A DNA stretch of 62,987 nucleotides, filler included, from Octopus bimaculoides (Eukaryota): assembly GCF_001194135.2 (NCBI RefSeq). It is 4 parts of 4 records of this genome, joined end to end, with 100 filler letters (N's around TTAATTAATTAA, not from the genome) between each part and the next. Parts side by side here need not be neighbours in the genome. Positions count along the whole stretch, not along the records: positions 32,042 to 61,506 come from NC_068989.1; positions 61,607 to 62,987 come from NC_068983.1; 2 more parts are not named here. One strand, written 5' to 3'. The translations under genes were made by a program, and so were the position numbers. The notes under the pieces were generated by a model. That model had not been told where the DNA came from, did no database searches, and saw only the letters and a list, made by a program, of their open reading frames with translations. This document shows positions 53,432 through 62,987 of this stretch, one piece after another (positions within the stretch are counted from its first letter, which is position 1; each line of letters begins with the position of its first letter).

Positions 53432-53806
53432 TGTGTTCTCACACACACACAAGTAGAATGAAGCAGTGATAGAAAATAAAAATAAACTTTAAGTTAGTTC
53501 CAATATTTCAACTTCTAAAGGCAATTTCACTGTAGTTTATTGTGCAGAAAAAATTACCATGATAAAAGTTGTAAATACACCATTATAAGCTCAAAGCACC
53601 CTCTGTGGACAATTATATGTGCATTTCTAGGTCTTTTGATGTCTTCAGCAGCGGATACCAAAGAGAGGTCGTCCTGAGGTGATAGTAAGTCATAGCTTTA
53701 TTATAAATTAGTAAATACTAGTTACTGATTTGTGCTTGTAGACTGCCCGGTCTGATCAAATATATAAGTAGTAGTGAAGCAGTGATGGAAAATAAAACAA
53801 ACTTCA

Positions 53807-53955
53807 GGTTAATTCAAATATATTTGGGAGGCACTTCAACTTCTAAAGGTAATTTCACTGCAGCTTACCATAAATGAGAATATTTTCTCTGTGGTAAACT
53901 GCAGTGAAATTTCCTTTGGAAGCTGAAATACCTCTCAACCATATTTGAATTAACC
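53807..53955. repeat. ~70-bp-stem hairpin; left arm partly duplicated at ~53455-53545
   Basis: ggttaattcaaatat...gagaa-tatt-ttctc...atatttgaattaacc. Confidence 0.8.
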
Positions 53956-54799
53956 CAAAGTAAGTTGGTCTGTTTGTTTGTGCATGTGTGTGTGTGCATG
54001 TGTGTGCTCATGCACATGTACATCCAGTGTTGCAGCTATTCAGCATATCTAGAGATAATTCAAGTTATTAATTCAATAAGTATATTATATTTTAAAATTG
54101 TGTCTAAAAAAACACTCATAAAGAAATGGAAAAGATCTATAAGTGGTGAAAAAAAGGTGTGATGTGTGAAATGAAAAATATTCAGTAACTTATTTGGTAA
54201 TTTTATCTAAATTTTGTTTAATTTGAATTTAGTAAACAAAATTTCAGATATTAGTGTTCAATGAAAGTATTTTCTGAAACCAACCCACAATTTTTAGGAT
54301 TTGTGCATTTCCCCCCATTTATCTGTCCATTCCCACTTGTTGGTTTATAATTGATTGCACTTTTCATCTGAATTTAGTCACAATTTTAAATATATATAAA
54401 TATTCTCTTGATATTTGATGAGATGGATCTATCCTGTGCACCTATGAATTTTGAGGTCTTATGGAGCTGGTTAAACAGTAACAAAAAATATATGTAATTT
54501 CTACCAAATTGCTGAGGCCACTTTCTTTTATTTGCCCACTCACTTGTAATTGTATGTATGTATGAATGTGTGTGCATGTGTGTGTGTGTGTGTGTGTGTG
54601 TGTNNNNNNNNNNTATATATATATATATATCAAAGTACAAATGAGGATATAAACTGCGGAAGGATAAAAATATCCTAGATTAGACTGGTTGAATGCCCAA
54701 CAAAGCAGGCACATATATATATACAGCATTATTAATATTATACAAAACAAGAGAGAAGATAGAGATAAGATTAATAAAAGTTTATTAGCATTGACAAGA

Positions 54800-54916
54800 C
54801 CAGACCTACAATTGTTTCAATTCATCACTTGCAGCATAAAAATTAACCAAATATAATTCAATTTAACTAAATTAATTTGGTTAATTATTACAAATAAGAA
54901 TATTTTCAGAGACGGA
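54800..54916 (-). ncRNA. Decayed long-stem-II hammerhead motif (left arm of inverted repeat)
   Basis: Reverse complement has core ctgaaaa, the same stem II, and GAAACAATTGTA. The two arms carry different single core substitutions, so their consensus is CUGAAGA. Confidence 0.5.
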
Positions 54917-55358
54917 TGCATAAAGAAATTTATTATATTTAAAACAAAATGAAAACATAAAAACAGGAAGATTACAGTGTACCATTATAGTTAAAATATG
55001 TACACAGTTATAAAAATAGTTATAAAAAAAATATAGTTAGTCATAAATCAATATAAATAATGCAGACATACCCATGCGAAAATACGAATAAAGGTAATGT
55101 GTAAAAAACAATAGACTGTTTATTAAATTATGAAAGGAGAGAATTTAATAAACAGTCTATTGTTTTTACACATCACCTTTATTCGTATTTTCACATGGGT
55201 ATGTCTGCATTATTTATATCAATTTATGACTAACTACATTTTTTTATAACTCTATCTATTTTTATAACTGTGTACATATTTTTAACTATAATGGTACACT
55301 GAATTCTTTCTGTTTTATGTTTTCATTTTGTCTTAAACATAATGAATTGCTATGTGCA

Positions 55359-55472
55359 TCCTTCCCTAAAGATATTCTCACTTGTAATTAACCAAATTAA
55401 TTTAGTTAAATCAAATTATATTTGATTAATTTTTATGCCGCAAGTGATGAGTTGAAACAATTGTAGGTCTGG
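55359..55472 (+). ncRNA. Decayed long-stem-II hammerhead motif (right arm of inverted repeat)
   Basis: Core ctaaaga (55366-55372), stem II attctcacttg/caagtgatgagt, GAAA (55454), palindrome ACAATTGT, GUA. Stem I is weak. Confidence 0.5.
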
Positions 55473-55527
55473 TCTTGTCAATGTTAATAAACTTTTATTA
55501 ATCTTATCTTCATCTTCTCTCTTGTTT

Positions 55528-55578
<51 letters not shown>

Positions 55579-56549
55579 TTATCTCTGATGATGTTGAATA
55601 GTTGAAACAAATGGCCTGTTTGTAAGAAAACCTTGAAGAATTCAACATAGTCTGTTCATTGTATATATTGTATTCATTTTTTAAATTGCAAATTCCTGGG
55701 CCACACAACCAGGCTTACATATGTGTGTGTGAAGCAATTAATACTAGTAATGAAAAGCAAGTCAGTATGAATATTATGTAACTATGACAAACATTGAGCA
55801 TAGCAAATTAAAAACTAGTCAGTAATGAATTTGTTCAACCAACTTTAGGGTTTGTCTACTAATGAGGTTAGAACCACTGAGTAAAGAGAATGACTGTGTT
55901 GCCTCTCCTTATAAAGTCCTACACCAAGCAACATGTTGCTATTGATGAGCATAAGCAAATATCAGACATCAAGGTAAATTCCTACCTGTTTGATGGACTG
56001 AAAAAGAACAAAAAGCACATACTATTTTAACTTCATTCAGTGAACTATTAAAAAATAATACAAACTGTTATAATTGTCATCTGGTCAGCTGTAAAACAAA
56101 AGATAGCATAGATGCCTGATAGCTGAAAGCTGTATTAAATAAGCTATTGCCAGTAACAGATGGTAATGTCATTTATCATATCTCATGTGTTTCTCAATAT
56201 CAGGAATTCTAAATGGAAAAACAAATACTAGAATGAATGTAAATGTCCTTTTCTTGAAATAAATTTCTTTTTGCCACTTTGATGTAAAATTTGAAGAATT
56301 ATTAGTTATAATCTATAACCTTATTCAGTTTTAAAGTTCTGCACTCTGTATAATTTTGAATGAAGTGTAAACAGTCTTCTTGGAAACATTTTCTTTTCCT
56401 AAATAACTTAGGGAGAGCAGGAAGGACAATATCTTTGATGTTTCTCATGAAATCCATGACAGAAGGGAGAAAGTTAGAGCTGGCTTAGATGTTTACTAAA
56501 ACTATTCAAGTGTCAGGTGGTGGTGTTAAAATGTGTGACAAATTAAATC

Positions 56550-56716
56550 TACCAACAACAAGCTTCTATACAGTTTCGGATGAACAAACTTCATTCACAA
56601 GGGTTTGGTTGACTCAAGGATATGGCAGAAGACATTTGCCTAAGGTGCTTTACAATGGAATTGAAGTCAAAGCTATGTGGCTGCAAAGCAAACTTCTTAA
56701 CAACATAGCTACACCT
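56550..56716 (-). mobile_element. SINE family A 5' half, diverged
   Basis: Reverse-complement head similarity. Confidence 0.6.
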
Positions 56717-56799
56717 ATTTCCAGAATACAAGTGTAAAATACACTCTACTCAAGTAGTTCTCTTGTGATAATTTTATAAACATTTAGACTAGTTTTGCA

Positions 56800-59288
56800 A
56801 AGTAGAACTATTATCTCAGCCTACACCCTTCAATTGGAACTACCTAATGAACAAAAAGACCAACTTTTTGATACCCTTTTGAAGACTACCTTGTTGATAA
56901 ATGACACTGACATTGTCTTTGCGGCTGGCGACTTCAGTGAGCATGTTATGCAACAGCTGGGTGGCTTCCATGGCATGCATGGTGGTAATGGATTTGGTTC
57001 CCATAATGAGGAGGGAACCAGGCCACTGTGATGCAAATGACCTTATGATTTGCAATACTAACTTCAGGAAACCTACCAGTCACCTCACTCATCAATCTGG
57101 TGGGCACACTACCAGATTGACTACATTCTCACCAGAAAATGGGAAAGATGGCTGCTTATAAATGTCAAAACTTTCCCAGGTGAAGAATGCATCCCTCAAC
57201 ATAGGTTAGTGGATGATTGTTCTTTTGCATCTACTGATTCTGCAAAGAAATAGGCTTGGAAATGCTATTATGAAAGGCTGGTAAATGTAGAGAATGCATG
57301 GGAGAAGAAGAGTCTGCCTAATGTAAGACTCAACTGAGGGACCAGCTATCCGAATTGACAGTTGCTTGGTAGATAAAGCAATCAAGGATATGAAGACAGA
57401 TAAAGCCTCCAGCCCATCAGGAATCACTGCTGAGATGCTTTAAATATCTGGCAGAGTGGGATATGGCCTAGTCACCCATATAGTTGGTCAGGTTGTCTAC
57501 GAGGGAGTCATACCCAATGATTGGTGGTAGCAGCATTATAGAAGGCTACTACAAAGGCAAAGGTGATGCCTTAGATAGAAACAATTACAGAGGCATTAAA
57601 TTACTGGACCAGTGATTAAAGTTGCAGAGAGGGTCATAGTTCAATTAATTAGGAAGAGAGTTAGTGAAGATGAGATGTAGTTTGAATCTGTGCTAGGTAG
57701 AAGTATGACTATATATTCCTGGTTAGGGAACTGCAGGAGAAGTATTTAGCCATAAATAAACCCCTGAATTTGGCTTTTGTTGACATGGAGAAAGCCTTTG
57801 ACAGTGTCCCCCACTTCCTTATCTTCCTGTGGAAGCTAGGGATAGATGAGTAGTTAGTGAGAGCTGTACAAGCCATGTACAGGTATGCTGCCAGCAAGCT
57901 GAAGGTTGGCAATGAGTATAGCAATGAACTCAGTGTACAAGTAGGAGTTCACCAAGGATCAGATCTCAGCCTCCTCTTGTTTATCATAAGCCTCCAGGTC
58001 TTAACAGAGGAATTTAAGACCTGTTGCCCCTGGAGTTCCTTTACACTGATGACCTTGTTCTTATAGCTGAGTCACTACCTGACCTAGAGAAGAAATTTCA
58101 GGTGTGGAAGTAGGGCTTGGAATCTAAAGGCCTTAGAGTTAACTTAGTAAAAACTAAAGTCCTACTAAGCAGGAAAACAGATAAATTGCAAGTCTCTTAA
58201 GAGAGATGGCCTGGTTCAATTTGTAACAGGGGTATTTGTAGAAACTCCCTACCTTGTACCCAGTGCAATCTTTGGACACATAAAAAGTGTAGCAGTATCA
58301 CAGGAAAGTTAACAGAGAAAATAGTCTTTGTGTGTGGCAAATGTGCGGGTACAATAAGCATAAAAAATGTGCAGACAATAGACTCTCTCAAATGCTCCGA
58401 GGGATCCTTAGAAGTAGTAGATAGCTTCTGTTAATTAGGCAACCAGGATAGCAGCAGAAGAGGAAGTTCTAAAAGCATAGTTGCTAGAATAAGAATGGGT
58501 TGGGCAAAGTTCAGAGAGCTTCTACCTTTGTTGGTAACTAAAGGCCTCTCCTTCAGAGTGAAAGGCAGATTGTATGATGCCTGTATATGTACAGCTATGC
58601 TACCTGGTAGTGAAACATGAGCTTTGACTTCAGAAGACTTTCAAAGGCTTGAAAGAAATGAAGATAGCATGCTCTGCTGGATGGGTAATGCATTTACACA
58701 GTATGATAGTGTGTAAATGATTTAAGAGGGAAACTGGGTATAAGAGGCATCAGATGTTGCATGCAAGAGAGAAGACTGCACTGCTTTGGTCATGTGATGC
58801 ACAAGGATGAGGACAGCTGCATAAAGAAATGCTGAGCTCTAATTGGGAAGGGGACTTGTGGAAGGGGTACACCCAGGAAGATATGGGATGAAATGGTGAA
58901 GAAAGATCTTCAGATGCTGGAACTCACTGAGGAAATGACAGGGGACTGGGAGTTGTGGTGATTCCCTGTACTTGAGAAGACGTGTCAAGCTAAGTAAAAT
59001 CGCTGTGATCCATATACACAGGCGTGTCCTTTGCAGGTGCCAGTGCCACATGAAACGTATTCATGCCAGTGCTGCATAAACGCACCTGTCCCAGTGCCAT
59101 GCAAAAAGTACCCAGCACACTCTATAAAGTAGTTGGCATTAGGGAGGGTATCCAGCTGTAGAAACCATGCCACAACAGACAATTTGAGTCTGGACAGCTC
59201 TCCAGCTGGCCAGCTCCATGTCAAACCATCCAACCCATGCCAGCAAGGAAAACAGATGTTAAATGGTGATGATGATGATGATGATGAT
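56800..59288 (+). mobile_element. RTE-clade LINE, large 5'-truncated pseudogenised copy
   Basis: APE motifs (ISAYTLQ, AGDFSEHV), RT motifs (FVDMEKAFDSV, GVHQGSDLSLLLF), a PHD-like Cys/His array at 58203-58348, and a 3'UTR ending in (GAT)n. Many stops and frameshifts. Confidence 0.9.
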
Positions 59289-60484
59289 AATCATGATATT
59301 AAAGAAAACATATTTCAAATTAATGTGGACACATTGCATGGTCCTTTGAAGTGATTCTGTAAGAAAATCATTTAACAATAACAATTTTTTTTCCATAGCA
59401 CTTAGCTTAATAACCAAATTGAAATGTTTTATCTTTTAAGCCTTAAGCATTCCTCTTTATCATTTTGGGAAATATTGATGTTTTCAACATGCTGACATTC
59501 TTGAAAGTAGCAATAGGAAGACATATTTTGATCATTTTCACACTCTTTCCATACTTGCATGATTTCTTCAGATCTTAATTACATATAAAAATGAGAAGAC
59601 CTTTTGGAAAGCAAACTTTTATCACTATAGAAAATGTCATACATTTGAACAGCTTGTTAAATATCAACATAACTTGATAAAGAAACTATCTGCAAATGTT
59701 TTATTTTAACAATAATATGTATTATCTTCAAAGTACTTAATCTAAATTAAATAATTAGTCATCATTATTTTTAAATAACTTCATTTTCTAATTGAGGAAA
59801 ATAAAGTGATTTCTATTACTATTAAATAAAATAATGATAATAAAAAAAAACTCAGTTAAAATATAAATCAAGAAAAGAACACTAGCATAATTCATAAAAA
59901 CTGAAGGTGTGAAGTATTTTCAGCTTCTTCATGACTATGTTCTTGATAGTGTTTGGAAGTGAATATTTCCAAGATCTAGTTCAATCAATTTCAAAAACAT
60001 TAACCCTTAAATAAGAAATGAATATGTGTAATAATTTGACTGAAAAACTTTTGTACTGCATTGAACTGAGAAATTGCAACAGCAAAAACAAAAGTTGCTA
60101 TGTTAAGTTGCAGTCTAACAGTTTAGTTTTGTAATCAAAGTAGTCATGCTTTCACTAACACTGATACAATCTATTGAATTTTCATAATTACAATAGTACA
60201 ACAGCCTTATCACAAGTGAACTGGAAGCAGATGACATTTTATTTGTTACTAAGAAAATCACATGAAACTGTTTTGGATTATACTTAGAAATTTTTTGCTA
60301 TATATATATAACCATGTAACTAAGTGTTGGGAAACACTATATCGTTAGTGGTAAGATTCTGGTAAATCAACTGTGATTTAGATTTAGTTCTCAGTATCAG
60401 TAATTTCATTTTTTTCTGCTAATATCTTTGAGAAAGGCAAGAACATCACAACAACCATTTCCCTAATCTTTTTCATTTTAAAAG

Positions 60485-60530
60485 GTCACCCCTTTAGGAA
60501 GCCTTTTTGTGGTCATTCAAAGTGCTAGAG
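60485..60530 (+). CDS. Candidate exon with a C2-domain first-strand-like motif
   Basis: Acceptor tttttcattttaaaag, donor GAG|gtaatt. The only open frame is VTPLGSLFVVIQSAR(G), resembling the C2 beta-1 pattern GxLxVxVxxARxL. Confidence 0.3.
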
Positions 60531-61199
60531 GTAATTGTCATATCTCATTCTAATCACTACCAACTGCCTTTAAACAGAACAAGACACTGGATAATGTGAT
60601 CATAGATATACAGTCTGAAAATAAAAAAAGACAGGACATTCAAGGCTGTAATACTTTTGATAATAGGGTTGCTTGATTTGGGACCAAAGAACGACATATG
60701 TAGTCTGTCATAAACAACTGCATAATTGTTTATATCAATTATATATGTACATATCTATTTGTATAATTATGCTTCCCTAACTAGACCTTGTAATGACCAA
60801 TCCAACAAATATACTAAATAACTATATACCTTCCAAGTTACCTACATATGTGAATCAATTTTATTTTCAAATCTATCTTCTAGTAGAAGCATATTTTCCA
60901 TTGTTGCTCTATAAACTTCTCTGCTCAACAAAGCTATGCATATAAAACAGTCAATATAATTGTTAACTAGCTTTTCACTATTTAAAAATATAATGTTATC
61001 TGTTATTTAGTTTAAAATGATCATTTTTGGTATTGTCCTCTCAACATTTTAAAATAAAATTAATCATTGAAATGTTTTGTACGTTAAGTATGTTAGCTCT
61101 GACTTATATTTGTATAGCTATACAGAACAGAAGCAGCAGTTAAGGTTTGTAAAAGAGAACAAGTGCAGGCATAAACTGCATTGTTAAATAGTTTGTTTC

Positions 61200-61300
61200 T
61201 CAACCATAGCATCTTTGGCAAATGTCTTCTACTATAGTATAGCCTTGGGCTGACCAAAGCCTGTGAGTGGATATGATAGACAGAAATTGAAAGAAGCCCA
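61200..61300 (+). mobile_element. SINE family A fragment
   Basis: ttggcaaatgtcttctactatag...gccttgggctgaccaaagc. Confidence 0.7.
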
Positions 61301-61447
61301 TATGCATATGTGTGTGTATATGTATATTATACATACACATGCATATATATATATGTATGTATATATATATACATATACGTGTGTGTGTGTGTATACATAT
61401 ATAAATGTGTCTATGTGTGTATATATACATGTATATACACATGTATA

Positions 61448-61506
<59 letters not shown>

Positions 61507-61618
61507 NNNNNNNNNNNNNNNNNNNNNNNNNNNNNNNNNNNNNNNNNNNNTTAATTAATTAANNNNNNNNNNNNNNNNNNNNNNNNNNNNNNNNNNNNNN
61601 NNNNNNATATACATTTAG

Positions 61619-61942
61619 ATATATTAATCAACTAAATTTCAGCTTGGTCTGATTTTCACGTTTTATCATTTACAGGTTTTACAATTTTACAATATTGAAA
61701 TAAACTAGTACTTTCATGCATTACACAATCATCATGTTTATGTTGTGACAGTTGTATTCCACAATTCATATCTGTGACCGTTCTCAATTGTGGAACACGA
61801 CTGTTACTACATAAAACTGGTGAATGCGTAACCCATGAAAGTACTACTTTATTTCATTATCGTAAAATTGTAAAAATTGTAAAAATTGCAAATAATAAAA
61901 CGTGAAAATCAGACTAAGCTGGAATTTCATTGATTAATATAT
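61619..61942. repeat. Foldback element (~150-bp arms, 19-nt spacer)
   Basis: atatattaatcaa...ttccacaatt / aattgtggaa...ttgattaatatat. Confidence 0.85.
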
Positions 61943-62084
61943 TCTTCTATACACAATCATACAAAATCGGATATATATATATATAGATATATATATATAA
62001 TTTTTTGTGTGTATGTATAAATATATATATGTCCATATGAATATACACAGACACACACACGCAAACATATATATATACGTTTAT

Positions 62085-62312
62085 GTGTGTCTTTGTGTCT
62101 TTGTCCTCCACCACTCCTTGACAATCAATGTTGGTGTGTTTACATCCCTGTAACTTAGTGGCTGGCGGAAGAAACCGATAGGATAGAAACCAGGCTTTAA
62201 AAAAATAAAAGAATGAGTACTGGGTTCGGTGCATTTGACTAAAATTTCTTTAAGGTTGTGCTCCATCATTGCCGCAGTGCAATGACGGAAACAAGTAAAA
62301 GATAAAAGAAAA
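62085..62312 (+). mobile_element. SINE family A 3' half, diverged
   Basis: Body and gtaaaaga tail match. Confidence 0.75.
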
Positions 62313-62385
62313 GATTACATAATTCCATAAGGCCACATTTTAAGGATGTAACGATATGCGCCTATTCCAGAATTCTATTAATATG

Positions 62386-62447
<62 letters not shown>

Positions 62448-62987
62448 AAGGGGGGGGATGAGAGCCGAACGTTACACAATCGTTTCTGTGAATATAATTA
62501 TGACGCTTTTGTGATTGTGTTATAAAAAAGAAAACTTACTGCGATATTGTTTTTGTTTTTTATTTTGTATTTCAGTGACAATGTTATCAGATAAGTTTCT
62601 ATGTACATGTGAGGTTAATGGTTGAAATAATAAAACAACAACATTAATAATACAATGGGGGATACGACATAGTCGAAGCAGCAGCAGCAGCAACCGCAAT
62701 AGTCGTCGTCGTCGTCGTCGTCATCGCTGTCGTAGTAATAGTAGTAGTGGCAGCAGTAGTAGTGGTAGTAATGATAGAGTGTGGCAATAAATGATAATAT
62801 ATATATATATTGTTTAAACTTATATAGGAAGATTCAATTTCTGTTGAATGTTTGGTAGGGATTCTCAGAGGGAACGAAAAATAGGATAAGAAGAATACAG
62901 GAGCGAAACAAAATAAGTAATACGAAAAAAATGAAAGATTGAACAACCGAAAAGCGGAGAGATGTGTGTGTGTATATATACATATAT

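Larger units (their letters stand above)
54742..55530. repeat. ~390-bp-arm inverted repeat with 12-nt spacer (probable inverted PLE pseudo-LTR pair)
   Basis: 54742-55129 is the diverged reverse complement of 55142-55530, with spacer atgaaaggagag. Each arm holds an HHR remnant. Confidence 0.85.

Noticed and set aside
55790-55830. aaaactagtc resembling an HHR stem III
   Set aside because: No G12, core or stem II.

Overview
AT-rich, repeat-saturated eukaryotic DNA. The SINE/LINE complement points to an octopus genome (inference). The window is not continuous: three ~100-nt N-TTAATTAATTAA-N linkers (11289-11388, 31942-32040, 61507-61606) join four scaffolds, and there are many ordinary N gaps. 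Almost all ORFs in the supplied track are microsatellite artefacts. Two host genes are recognisable from single exons and sit head-to-head in the second segment: PEX10 (minus, first coding exon 13058-13166, probable 5'UTR exon near 26000) and CENP-N (plus, exon 30731-30928, with a frameshifted exon-2 candidate at 31343). The rest is transposon debris: tRNA-derived SINEs, RTE LINEs (one family with a PHD finger in the RT C-terminal region), R4/Dong LINEs, Penelope-like elements (PLEs), a non-autonomous Gypsy-type LTR element, Tc1/mariner elements, hAT fragments and foldback MITEs. The most interesting signal is a set of type I hammerhead ribozyme (HHR) motifs at four loci (five copies). One is core-intact (15755-15885) and has an unusually long stem II carrying a four-way-junction insert. 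Two decayed loci share the long-stem-II, palindromic-stem-III, GUA architecture, and one of them follows a PLE GIY-YIG C-terminus. One is a minimal HHR with a U3-A8 compensatory core. All folds and alignments were done by eye, and protein comparisons rely on recalled sequences.
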